This document shows, one piece after another, positions 48,835 through 58,271 of a stretch of 64,000 bases of DNA. This DNA is from Candidatus Krumholzibacteriia bacterium (GTDB taxonomy: Bacteria; Krumholzibacteriota; Krumholzibacteriia; JAJRXK01). Location of the stretch: contig JBGPIA010000014.1 of NCBI GenBank assembly GCA_041484665.1, forward strand, positions 59,309 through 123,308, written 5' to 3'. The number at the start of each line of letters is the position of its first letter. Positions within the stretch are counted from its first letter, which is position 1. A model generated the notes under the pieces. The model was not told the origin of the DNA, did no database searches, and saw only the letters and a program-made list of their open reading frames with translations. The position numbers and the translations under genes are program-made.

Positions 48835-49470
48835 ATGTCCGACGGCGTCCGCCCCGACGCGGCGATGTCTGCCGCTGCTCTGCACACGGTGGTCGTGCCG
48901 ACCGCGGCCGTGGGTGGCACGGGGTCCGCCCAGGACACCCTGGGCCTCGCCCTCGCCGGAGATGCAACCGCTCGCGATCGCCTGGCAAAGCAGTACTTCC
49001 CGGCGCTGCGGAAGTGGGCATCGGGGCGTCTACCGCCCTACGCCCGGGGCCTGATGGACACCGTCGATCTGGTTCAGGATGCATTCGAGCGGACCTACCG
49101 TCAGCTCGACCACTTCGAGCCGCGCTCGAACGGTGCACTTCTCGCGTACCTCCGCATCGCCATCCGCAACCACATCCGCAACCTCGCCCGTGACGGCAGC
49201 CGGCGCCCGCAGCTGGTTCCGCTCGACGACGACCTCGTCGACGCGAGACCATCACCGCTGGAGAACGCGGAATGCCGGGAGAGTGCGCAGCGTTACGAGT
49301 CGGCTCTGCGGCGCTTGAAGCCGAGGGAGCAGGCGCTCATCCTCTGTTTCGACCTGCAGCTCAGCCATGCAGAGGTGGCGAGTACGGTTTGCATGCGCTC
49401 CCCCGACGCCGCCCGTATGGCGATGAAACGGGCACTTCTGCGCCTCGCCGAGGAGATCGGCAGCGCCTGA
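48835..49470 (+). CDS. ECF sigma factor (ECF-A)
   Basis: GGAGGT SD; GDATARDRL, DLVQDAF, YLRIAIRNHIRN (sigma2); ALRRLKPREQ..LSHAEVA..AARMAMKRAL (sigma4). Confidence 0.9.
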   Translation: MSDGVRPDAAMSAAALHTVVVPTAAVGGTGSAQDTLGLALAGDATARDRLAKQYFPALRKWASGRLPPYARGLMDTVDLVQDAFERTYRQLDHFEPRSNGALLAYLRIAIRNHIRNLARDGSRRPQLVPLDDDLVDARPSPLENAECRESAQRYESALRRLKPREQALILCFDLQLSHAEVASTVCMRSPDAARMAMKRALLRLAEEIGSA

Positions 49471-49522
49471 CGCTTGGACGACGCGGGTCGCGCACGCACG
49501 CCGCGAGCCTACCGCCGCCCGG

Positions 49523-52500
49523 CTACCGCCAGTCCCCCACAGCAACGAATCCGCCCCAGGAGAAGGGATGCGTGCTCGCCCCCGCCTGCCGGAGCCTCTG
49601 CAGCGCCACCCGACAGGCCGCGCGTACGGACGCGTCCGTGTCCAAACCACCCCGCAGCCGACTGTCGTAAAGCGCGATCATCCACTCCTTGGTCGGCTCG
49701 TCCTCGACCGACCAGAGGCTCGTGATCACGGTTCTGGCGCCCGCCAGCTGGAACGCCCGCCTCAGGCCAAATACGCCTTCACCCGACAGGGTCTCTCCCA
49801 AGCCGGTTTCGCACGCGGAGAGAACGGCCCACTCCACCCCGGACAGATCCAACCCGGCGATCTCCTCGGCGGTGACGATGCCATCCTCCATGCCCTTGCC
49901 AGCGAGCGCGCGTTGGTTGGCCCCCGCCAGCGCCAGGCCCGACATCAGCAGGGGGTTCCTTCCCATTGCGCGGGGGATCGGGGAATCGCGCCCCACGGCA
50001 AACAGTCCTTCGGCCCTCGGCGCCGGGCCCGTCGTGCAGCCGCCGCCCAGATAGAAGCCGTGCGTCGCAAGATGCAGCACGCCGCACGACGGGGCGCGGG
50101 CCTTGAATGCAGCCTCGGTCGCGTTTTCTCCCAGCAGGACGGTCTGAGCGCCGCGCTCAGCAGGGCGCTCAGCACGGCGCCCATGACCGCGCTCCCGCCA
50201 GAGTCCGGCGATCGCTTCGACTTCCGCCTGGGCCTGGCGGAGCTGCTCGAAGCGGAGCGACTGGAAATCATCGCAGGTCGGCTGCCGGGAGGCACCGCGA
50301 GCGGCGGTGCCGGGCTGCACGGACTCGTCGTGTCCCGCCTGCGACAGCGCCACGGAGAATGGGGACATGCTGTCGAACGCAGGGGCGCCCAACGCGAGCA
50401 GGCTGCCCTTTCCTGTTCGCCGCTGCGCCAGGCTCACGAGATCGCGCTCGGTGGTCAGATAGTGGAGGAGCGGGCCGCTCTCGACGAGGTAGGAGCCGTC
50501 GGGTCCGGAAAGCGCAGAGAGATTGACCGCCTGGAGAGCGCCGTCGGGAACCACGAAGACCCGATCGGGATGGCCCAGCGTATTTGCTACGGGATCCCAG
50601 ATGACCCGCCGAAGCGAATCCGCTGCCGCCCGGTACGCCTCCTCACTGTGTGTGGGATTGCGCCCATCGGCTGCGGGCGCTCGGGCCGCCTCGTGTCTCC
50701 AGCGCGCGACCAGCGGGTCGATGGACGTCGCCGGCCCGAGCGACACCAACACTACCCCCTTACGACCCAGCACGTACGCCGCATACCACGGATTCCCCCG
50801 GGGGAGCTCCCAGTGGCCTGACCCCGTTCCACCTTGCTGGCTTTCGGTCGGAGCAGTTCGCGGGTTGGCATCGAGCCGCACGCGCGAGAACTCGACGTAG
50901 GCCACGAGCGCGGATCCAGCAGGCAGGGCGGCGGCGATCTCTGTCCAGCCGGCGTCGCGCTCGGCGCGCGCCTTCCGGAATTCCGCACTGGCCCTGGCCA
51001 GCGTGTCCTCGGCCTTGTTCCGCCGTTCCTCCGCCTGCTTCAAGAGCTTCGGGTATGCGTCCTCCTGCCCGATCGCCGGACCACGAACGAGCAGGTCGAC
51101 CCATTCCTGTCGGGCGGCCCGGGCAGCCTGGGCGGGTCCGGTGATCCCGGGCGATGATGCGCGAGCGTTCGCCTGATGGCGCGCGGCCATCTCATCCAGG
51201 ATGATGCCGCGCGATCGGACCAGCGCATCCCACGTGCGTGACGGGTCCCAGCGCAGCTGCGCAGAGTGATCCAGCGCGAGCGAGAGCGCCAGATCCAACC
51301 CGCTGGGAAGCGTCGTCGCGAAGTGGAGCGCCCTGGGCTCGGCCACGAACTGGGAGAGGCTGCGGATCCGTGTGCGGCGGATCTCCTCGATCCGCAACGC
51401 AGTCCGCATTGCCTCGTCCAGCTCCCCGCGCTGCGCGCGCAGGTAGCATGCGCCGGGCAGGATCGCGGCCAGATCCCGGCTCAACGGGCCGCTGGCACGA
51501 ATGCAGATGCGCTCGGCGCGTTCGTAATTGCCGACCGCCGCGTCCAGCTCACCGGCCAGCGTCTGGTGATTGCCGAGCGCGCTGAGAGTGAACATGAGAT
51601 CGGCGGCCACTGGGCCAAGTTGGCGCGTCTCGATCTCCAGCGCTCGCCGCAGGTAGCTGTCGGCAAGTTTCCGGTCACCCACCCGGTCGTAGGCGATTCC
51701 CAGGTTATAGAGGGCAGCCCCCAGACCGGAATGGCCTTCGGGGAACAGTTGCTCCCCCATTGCCGCCGCGCGCTGCAGCCAGACGATCGCCTCCGCTGGG
51801 TGGCCGAGCCCCAGGTGGCACAGTCCGAGATTGGTGAGAATCTGGGCAAGAACGGCGGTCGGGCCGCCCGTCCCTACCGTCGCGTTCTGACGCGCGCGCT
51901 CCAGCTGTCCCAGACCGGCGTCGACTTCCCCCAGGTCGCAGAGAATGAGTCCCAAGATACTCATCTGCACGGCATACGTACCCGGACTCCTCGCATACCC
52001 CTTCGTGAACCAGTCGAGGGAACGCTCCATGGTCTCACGGGCTTTGGCCAGATCGTCCTGCTTCCACGCGACCACGGCCATTGCACCCAGGATCTCGCCC
52101 ATCTCGAGTGCGTTGGCGGTGGAATCGCGACTCACGATGGCATAGGCGCGATCCAGATAGCGCGACGCCTCGTCGATCGTCTCCCGCTCCAAGAGCGCGC
52201 TTCCCAGATAGCGCAGGCTCCTCGCAAGATCGGGGTGGGTCGGAGGCAGGAGCCTCTCGCGGACCTCGACGACCTTGCGGAAGTACGGAAGGCATTGCGG
52301 TCCCCTGCCCAGATCTCCCAGCGTCACCGCCAGATTGTGGGCGAGTTTGGCAAACTCCAGATCTTCCGCATGACCGCTGCGAGTCCAAAGATCGTAGGCG
52401 CGCTGGAAGCACTCGAGCGCGTGCCCCTCCCCCCGTCGGAATCTCACATTCCCCAGCCCCCTCCAGCTGACGGCCTGCTCGTGGAGATCCGCGCCCAGGC

Positions 52501-52954
52501 TCTCCTTGATGCGGATGGCGCGCTCCGCCAGGTCCAAGATCTCGGGGTCTTGGATCCTGGGATCATAGAGCAGGCTGGCGACCAGCACGTCGACGACCAG
52601 CGCGGTTGCATACGTGTCCGCCTCTCCGGCCGCGCTGAGGTCCGCCAGCAGCGCCCGTGCGCGCGACTCGGCGGCGGCTGCCTCCTTGCGTCCGATCAGG
52701 TCGCGCAGGTCGTTGAGCTGTTCGACCAGGATCGCAGGCGCTTGGGGCGCCGCCGGGACCGTCGCCGTTTTGGCGGCGGCCGGGACCTTCGCCGTTGTCC
52801 CCCCCGCCGGCGCGGTCGTGGTGGGTGCCGCATCGGTCGCTACGGAGCCTGCTGCGGGCAGGTCGGGCGTCACCAGGAGCGCCGCCGCGAGCCCGGCCGA
52901 AACCGCCACCTGCAGTGGTCGAAACGCGGCCTGCCGGCCGGGACAGTCCATCAT
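49523..52954 (-). CDS. TPR-repeat protein with C-terminal CHAT (caspase-like) protease domain
   Basis: Multiple TPRs (HPDLARSLRYLG, ALYNLG); VVPDGAL, LHLATHG (His), NPLLMSGLALAGAN, VLSACETGLG (Cys), SLWSV, HPFSWGGF. Confidence 0.93.
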   Translation of the reverse strand: MMDCPGRQAAFRPLQVAVSAGLAAALLVTPDLPAAGSVATDAAPTTTAPAGGTTAKVPAAAKTATVPAAPQAPAILVEQLNDLRDLIGRKEAAAAESRARALLADLSAAGEADTYATALVVDVLVASLLYDPRIQDPEILDLAERAIRIKESLGADLHEQAVSWRGLGNVRFRRGEGHALECFQRAYDLWTRSGHAEDLEFAKLAHNLAVTLGDLGRGPQCLPYFRKVVEVRERLLPPTHPDLARSLRYLGSALLERETIDEASRYLDRAYAIVSRDSTANALEMGEILGAMAVVAWKQDDLAKARETMERSLDWFTKGYARSPGTYAVQMSILGLILCDLGEVDAGLGQLERARQNATVGTGGPTAVLAQILTNLGLCHLGLGHPAEAIVWLQRAAAMGEQLFPEGHSGLGAALYNLGIAYDRVGDRKLADSYLRRALEIETRQLGPVAADLMFTLSALGNHQTLAGELDAAVGNYERAERICIRASGPLSRDLAAILPGACYLRAQRGELDEAMRTALRIEEIRRTRIRSLSQFVAEPRALHFATTLPSGLDLALSLALDHSAQLRWDPSRTWDALVRSRGIILDEMAARHQANARASSPGITGPAQAARAARQEWVDLLVRGPAIGQEDAYPKLLKQAEERRNKAEDTLARASAEFRKARAERDAGWTEIAAALPAGSALVAYVEFSRVRLDANPRTAPTESQQGGTGSGHWELPRGNPWYAAYVLGRKGVVLVSLGPATSIDPLVARWRHEAARAPAADGRNPTHSEEAYRAAADSLRRVIWDPVANTLGHPDRVFVVPDGALQAVNLSALSGPDGSYLVESGPLLHYLTTERDLVSLAQRRTGKGSLLALGAPAFDSMSPFSVALSQAGHDESVQPGTAARGASRQPTCDDFQSLRFEQLRQAQAEVEAIAGLWRERGHGRRAERPAERGAQTVLLGENATEAAFKARAPSCGVLHLATHGFYLGGGCTTGPAPRAEGLFAVGRDSPIPRAMGRNPLLMSGLALAGANQRALAGKGMEDGIVTAEEIAGLDLSGVEWAVLSACETGLGETLSGEGVFGLRRAFQLAGARTVITSLWSVEDEPTKEWMIALYDSRLRGGLDTDASVRAACRVALQRLRQAGASTHPFSWGGFVAVGDWR

Positions 52955-52961
52955 GGCGGAC

Positions 52962-53819
52962 CTATTCCTTGGCGACCTCGATGAGAAAGACCTGCCGCCA
53001 CTTGGGATGCTCCGTCTGGGCGTGGCGGTAGAACTCCAGGACCTGGATCTCGATCGTCCCGGGGCTCTTCGTGCGAAGCGGCAGGCGCAACGCCAGCCAG
53101 TTGCGGTCGGCTCCGCTGCGCAAGGCCACAGCGTCCGCGTTGCGCAAGAGCAGACTCTGTGGGCCGTCGGCCGGCCGGTACCACGCTTCGACATCGTAGC
53201 GTACGTCATCCGATGGATCTGGGACGACGATACTCACGGGAATGTGCAGCGCGCGCGAATGCAGGACAACGGTGGCGGAGGTCACGCTCTGAGCGTCACG
53301 CGTGCCGGGCGTCACCTGCTCACCGAGGCTGACCGGCGGCGCCTCTTGCGGTCCCAGCAACGTCCACCGTGCCGTCCCGATGAAGACCCGATAGGCGGGG
53401 TATGCCAGCAGGACGAGGATCACCGCAACCGCGTATGTGGGCCGACGGAGCCGTCGGCGTGCGCCCATCCCACCAGCGCGGTGTGGCGCCCGTTGGTGAT
53501 CGCGCACGTCGGCCGCAACGGGCGCTTGGTCGATTTGGTTCGCGGCCTCTGGACTGTCCGCCACCGCGTCCGCCTGCACCAGACCTACATCCGAGGCGAG
53601 CGCGATCAACTCGTAACGCAGGGACTCCGAATGCAGGAGGGCCTCCTCGACTTGCTCCCGTTCGGCGTCCGTCGCCGTCCCCGACAGATACGCCAGAAGA
53701 ACCGCATCCTGCGGCCGTGCTGCTCCCTCGTCGTCCATGGTCATCGCCCCGAGGATGAGCGTGTCGAGGATCGCGTCGTCATCGCCGGGCGGCGGTCGGT
53801 CTTTGGGCTGTGCTGCCAT
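52962..53819 (-). CDS. Putative single-pass transmembrane anti-sigma factor
   Basis: GGAGGT SD; LLAYLSG..EREQVEEAL anti-sigma-domain-like helices without HxxxCxxC; TM YAVAVILVLLAYPAY; directly downstream of an ECF. Confidence 0.7.
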   Translation of the reverse strand: MAAQPKDRPPPGDDDAILDTLILGAMTMDDEGAARPQDAVLLAYLSGTATDAEREQVEEALLHSESLRYELIALASDVGLVQADAVADSPEAANQIDQAPVAADVRDHQRAPHRAGGMGARRRLRRPTYAVAVILVLLAYPAYRVFIGTARWTLLGPQEAPPVSLGEQVTPGTRDAQSVTSATVVLHSRALHIPVSIVVPDPSDDVRYDVEAWYRPADGPQSLLLRNADAVALRSGADRNWLALRLPLRTKSPGTIEIQVLEFYRHAQTEHPKWRQVFLIEVAKE

Positions 53820-53836
53820 GGGACCCTCACCTCCGC

Positions 53837-54553
53837 TCAAGCGCCGGTCGTGCTCACGAACTCGGAGAGTTGATGCCCGCTCTGCACGAGGATCTCGCGC
53901 AGTCGTTTGCGACAATACGACAGGTCGGTGCCGACCTTCTTGTTCTGCTGGGGAGCCAGCCCGACCAGCGCGGCCATCTCGACCGGCTTCAAGCCCTTGG
54001 CCGCGGCCCACAGCAGCAGACGGCACTTCCGGCTAAGGCTGCGGCACGCCTCGAGCACGATGTCGAGCAGCTCCCGGTTGGCCACGATCCGGTAGGGCGA
54101 GGGCATCCCATCGGGAACCACGTGCTCGATCCCGACCTCGCGGCCATGCTGCGCATCATCACGTGGGGAATCGATCGACACCTCGCGCTCCCACCGCGTT
54201 CGTTCGCGCCTCAGGTACTCGCGCGCGACGTTGCGAGCCACGGCCTTGAACCAGAGTGCGAACCGGTACCCACGATCCTCGTAGGAGCGAAGGACCGCGC
54301 AGTCCCGATCCAGGCAGTGGTGGACGATGTCCGAGTAGACACGCTCGCGGTCCGCGCGGGGAAGATCGCGGTAGGGTGCGGGCGGCTCCGTCTGCAGGAC
54401 CGTGTCCGCGAACGCGATGAACTCGCGCTTCGCCTGCTCCGGGTGGGTCGTCAGCAGCTGCAGGAAGTCCGGCACGCGCTCCTGGGGGGAGACGTGCGCC
54501 GAGGGCCTGGGGGCCGCACCGGAAGCGGCGGGGTGAGCCTCGCGCTGTTGCAT
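53837..54553 (-). CDS. ECF-type sigma factor (ECF-B)
   Basis: FALWFKAVARNVAREYLRR (sigma2); LSRKCRLLL..GLKPVEMAALVG..LSYCRKRLRE (sigma4 HTH). Confidence 0.8.
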   Translation of the reverse strand: MQQREAHPAASGAAPRPSAHVSPQERVPDFLQLLTTHPEQAKREFIAFADTVLQTEPPAPYRDLPRADRERVYSDIVHHCLDRDCAVLRSYEDRGYRFALWFKAVARNVAREYLRRERTRWEREVSIDSPRDDAQHGREVGIEHVVPDGMPSPYRIVANRELLDIVLEACRSLSRKCRLLLWAAAKGLKPVEMAALVGLAPQQNKKVGTDLSYCRKRLREILVQSGHQLSEFVSTTGA

Positions 54554-54798
54554 CGGCTCCTACCAGGGACCACGTAAGGATGGCGCGCGCGGCGGCGATG
54601 CCGGGAGCCGGCGGCATCCACCAGCCGATCCGCGTGGACTTGCGCGCAGTCGCGCGGAGTTGCGACGGTCGGCGCAGGCCCGTCGGCCTGGCGTCGGGCC
54701 AGCGATCTCACCGTTAGCGGTCCCGAGCCTATCAGAGCCGGGTCCGTGGCGTCCAGGGTGCGCCCGCCAGTGGCCGTTCCTGGAACCCCTGCAGGGCA

Positions 54799-54853
54799 GA
54801 CATCCCACGAAGTACGGGGCCAGTGACATCCCACGAGGCAGGGGGCCAGTGAC
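54799..54853. repeat. 26-bp direct repeat x2 in the divergent ECF-B/kinase intergenic region
   Basis: gacatcccacga-N5-ggggccagt twice in tandem. Confidence 0.75.
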
Positions 54854-54947
54854 GTTTCACGCAGCGCCTGCCCCACGGCCGCGTCCGCGGAGACAGTGCG
54901 GCTGGATGTCTGGAAATCGCCGGGCCAGGGTCTGGAAATGGCCAGAC

Positions 54948-56105
54948 ATGGCGCATTCAGGAAACGAGATGGAGGACCATCCCTTCGATCCAGACGACGT
55001 GGCAGGGTCGATGTCCGACCGCCAATCGGTGGACTGGGCCCACGCCGAAGCGCGCGCTCGGTCGGAGCGTCAGCGCCGGATCGTGCGTGCGCTCAGAGAC
55101 ATCGCCGCGATCTCCGCGCCAGATCCCAGCGCGCAGCTGGATACCCACAGCGGAAATTTGCCCTTCTTGCGATGGGGCCAGCTCGAGTTGCGTGCGAGGC
55201 TCGGGAGTGGATCCTTCGGCGAAGTCTTCCTGGCCTGGGACGAGATGTTGGCGCGCGAGGTCGCACTCAAGCTCTTCCACGAACGCGGATCGCCCGGCTC
55301 TCGTGCACCGGCCGACTTCATGGAGGAGGCGCGCCGCCTCGCGCGGATCCGCCAGACCAACATCGTACAGGTCCTGGGAGCGGACTCCCACGAAGGGCGC
55401 CTCGGGTTCTGGATGGAGTACATCGTCGGACAGAATCTGGAGGACATGCTGGACCTGCTCGGCCCGTTCGACGTCGACGAGGCCTGCTTGATCGGCCAGA
55501 AGCTCTGCCGAGCTCTGGCCGCAGTTCATGGCGCCTCCCTCCTGCACCTGGACGTGAAGTGCCAGAACGTCGTGCGGGAGCTGGGTGGCCGGATCGTGCT
55601 CCTGGACTTCGGGGCAGCGGCCGGGACCGGGATCGCTGCTGGGTCGCAATCCCATGGCATCGGCAGGGCAGGCACACCCCTCTGCCTGCCACCGGAGCTG
55701 CTCGGCGGCCAGGTAGCCACGGTCGCATCAGACCTCTACAGCCTTGGGGTCCTTCTCTTTCGGCTGGTGACGGGCAGGTTCCCCGTGGAGGGTGGAACGC
55801 TCGGCGAGCTGCGCCAGGCGCACGCCGATGGACGCCGCCTGCGTGTGTTGGACCTGCGGCCCGACCTGCCGGCGCCATTCGTTGCGCTCCTGGAAAAGGC
55901 CACGGATCCGGAACCCTTGGCTCGCCACCGCTCGGCCGGGGAGTTGGAGCGCGGTCTTCGCACCGTGCTCGGGATCGATCGGGGTGTCCGCCGAAGGGGT
56001 GGCCGAACCCTCGGTCAGAAGGTCGGGGGGCAGCGCAGCGGAGAGCTTGGCGGCAAGGCTCGCGGGAAGGTCCGCGCCCGGCGGCGCCGTTCACCCCGCG
56101 GGTGA
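54948..56105 (+). CDS. Hanks-type Ser/Thr protein kinase (non-RD)
   Basis: LGSGSFGEV, VALK, HLDVKCQN, DFG, GTPLCLPPE, SDLYSLG. Confidence 0.9.
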   Translation: MAHSGNEMEDHPFDPDDVAGSMSDRQSVDWAHAEARARSERQRRIVRALRDIAAISAPDPSAQLDTHSGNLPFLRWGQLELRARLGSGSFGEVFLAWDEMLAREVALKLFHERGSPGSRAPADFMEEARRLARIRQTNIVQVLGADSHEGRLGFWMEYIVGQNLEDMLDLLGPFDVDEACLIGQKLCRALAAVHGASLLHLDVKCQNVVRELGGRIVLLDFGAAAGTGIAAGSQSHGIGRAGTPLCLPPELLGGQVATVASDLYSLGVLLFRLVTGRFPVEGGTLGELRQAHADGRRLRVLDLRPDLPAPFVALLEKATDPEPLARHRSAGELERGLRTVLGIDRGVRRRGGRTLGQKVGGQRSGELGGKARGKVRARRRRSPRG

Positions 56106-56163
56106 CGCCATCCTCCACACAGGTGACGCCGTTGCCCCCGCGGGTGAGGCCGTTGCCCCCGCG
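56098..56163. repeat. 21-bp tandem repeat x3 at the kinase stop codon
   Basis: gcgggtga(c/g)gccgttgccccc-like units. Confidence 0.65.
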
Positions 56164-56498
56164 AAGGACACTCCTTCCTGTCGTTCGCTCGGCGGCACGC
56201 GTTCGCAGCGGGGTGGTGCCGGCCGTGCATGGTGCCCCGTCGGCGGATGGCATGGCGCCGGCAGATGGCGTGCTGCCGGCAGATGGCACGCCGCACATTC
56301 TGATTCGGGGCGCCTCGCGTGCGCCGCCAACTTGGGCGCGCTGATCCCCCCACCCGCTCCCGCTCGCGCGTTTCTGCCTGCAACGCCGGGGGCCGGAATC
56401 GCGTACTCTGTGCCTGCGCCGGCCCGCACTGCCCCACTCCCATCGGGCCGCGAACGTCCTTGACGGCGAGCCCTGAACGTCTTTCGCGGAGAACTTCC

Positions 56499-58256
56499 AT
56501 GATCGATCGCCCTGCTCGCGGGGCACCGTCGCGCGCCGCCGCGACGACGACTCGGACCTCGTTCGGCGGCGCCGCGGCGCCGGATCCGAGACTGCTCCAC
56601 AATCTGGCTCCGATCCGCGCTGTGGACCCCGACTCGGTTGGGGGGCCGGCCCTAGGTGCAGCCCCGGCTGCGATCCTGGGCCTGGTCCTGGCCGTGATCG
56701 TCGCCGTGGTCCCGGCGCTGGTCCCGGCCGGGGCCGCCGTGCGGTCCGCGGCGACTGAGTCCGCAGCAGGCACCGCGCCGGCCGGGGCGTCCGAGGCCGC
56801 GGCTGTCGCTGCTCCCATCGGCTCATCTCACACCACCGCCCCAGCGCCGGCCCCAGCGCCGGCCCCAGCGCTGGCCCCAGCGCCCGCCACGGCGACTGCA
56901 CCCACCCAAGCCGGCGTTCCGGCGTCCTCCAGCTTCTTCCCCTACCCCGTCCACAAGAAGACATTGCCCAACGGCCTGGACGTCATCGTCCTGCCGATGC
57001 ACGAGTTCAAGGACGTGCTGAGCTACAACACCATGGTGCTGGTCGGCTCGCGCAACGAGGTGGAGCAGGGGAAGTCGGGCCTCGCTCACCTCTTCGAGCA
57101 CATCCTCTTCCGCCACCGCTGGGAGGGGAAGGAGGGCGGCTACGACGCCGCGGTCAACCGCATGGGGGCGTTCAACAACGCCTCCACGGGATCCGACATC
57201 ACCTACTACCAGCCGCTCACCTTCACGTCCAACCTCGACCTGTTGGCGCGCCTGGAGGCCGACCGCTTCGGGCGCCTGGCCATCACCGAGAAGATCTTCC
57301 AGACCGAGGCGGGTGCGGTGCTGGGCGAGTACCGGCGGCTTGCCTCCGATCCATCGCTACGCATGGAGGAAGTCCACTCGCAGGTCATGTACGGCAGCTA
57401 CGGCTACGGACACACGGCCATCGGCTACCTCGTCGATGTGGAGGACATGCCCAATGAGTACAAGGCCGCCGTCCGCTTCTACGACGACTACTACCGGCCC
57501 AACAACTGCGTGCTGATCGTAGCGGGCGACGTGGATCCCGCGCGCATCTTCGCCCTCGCCGAGCAGCTCTACGCAGGCTGGCAGCAGAAGCCGATCCCGG
57601 CGCTCGGCGATCCTGCCCCGCTGGGCGGCCCCAAGCAGCAGGAGGTCCCCTGGCCCGTCGACGTCCCGCCACGCGTGGAGTTCTGTTACCGGATGCCGGC
57701 GCATCACACGGGCAGCAAGGACACGGCCATCGGCCAGATCCTGCCGGAGCTGCTCACCAGCGAGACCGCTCCGCTCTACCAGCTGATGCGCTACAAGAAG
57801 CAGACTGCCACCGGTCTCTTCACGCCCAAGGAGCTCTACCAGAGCTTCGGGCCCGGGCCCTTCGTGCTGACAGCAATCCTCTATCAGGACAAGTATGCGG
57901 CGCAGGGAAAGGCCCTGCTGAGCGAGGCCAGCGCCGACATGATCGCAGCGCTGCAGGACATGAAGTCATTCTCGGCGCGTGCCGACGCGGCGCAGACGCT
58001 GCAGGAACTGGGCAGCAAGTACGCCTACGACCTGCTGTCGGGAATCAACAGCCCTGCCCACGCCGCAGAGATCTTCGGCGAGTTCTATCGCTTCGAGCGC
58101 GACCCGCAGGTATTCGACAAGCTGGTCGGGTCGGTGCGCAGCCTGACGCCCCAGGACATCGACGCCTTCGCCAAGAAGATCTTCGTGCCCGAGAACCAGA
58201 CGGTGGTCACTCTCATCCCTGGCGCCGCGGCCGCGGCGGCCGCGGGGACGCAGTAG
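56499..58256 (+). CDS. Exported M16 zinc peptidase, catalytic subunit; start uncertain
   Basis: KKTLPNGL, VGSRNE..GKSGLAHLFEH (HxxEH), NAST, YYRPNN..VAGD. Confidence 0.92.
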   Translation: MIDRPARGAPSRAAATTTRTSFGGAAAPDPRLLHNLAPIRAVDPDSVGGPALGAAPAAILGLVLAVIVAVVPALVPAGAAVRSAATESAAGTAPAGASEAAAVAAPIGSSHTTAPAPAPAPAPALAPAPATATAPTQAGVPASSSFFPYPVHKKTLPNGLDVIVLPMHEFKDVLSYNTMVLVGSRNEVEQGKSGLAHLFEHILFRHRWEGKEGGYDAAVNRMGAFNNASTGSDITYYQPLTFTSNLDLLARLEADRFGRLAITEKIFQTEAGAVLGEYRRLASDPSLRMEEVHSQVMYGSYGYGHTAIGYLVDVEDMPNEYKAAVRFYDDYYRPNNCVLIVAGDVDPARIFALAEQLYAGWQQKPIPALGDPAPLGGPKQQEVPWPVDVPPRVEFCYRMPAHHTGSKDTAIGQILPELLTSETAPLYQLMRYKKQTATGLFTPKELYQSFGPGPFVLTAILYQDKYAAQGKALLSEASADMIAALQDMKSFSARADAAQTLQELGSKYAYDLLSGINSPAHAAEIFGEFYRFERDPQVFDKLVGSVRSLTPQDIDAFAKKIFVPENQTVVTLIPGAAAAAAAGTQ

Positions 58257-58271
58257 ACGGGGAGGGACGCC

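Noticed and set aside
49523..54553. Type III-E CRISPR (Craspase) locus
   Set aside because: No Cas7-11, other cas genes or repeat array in the window
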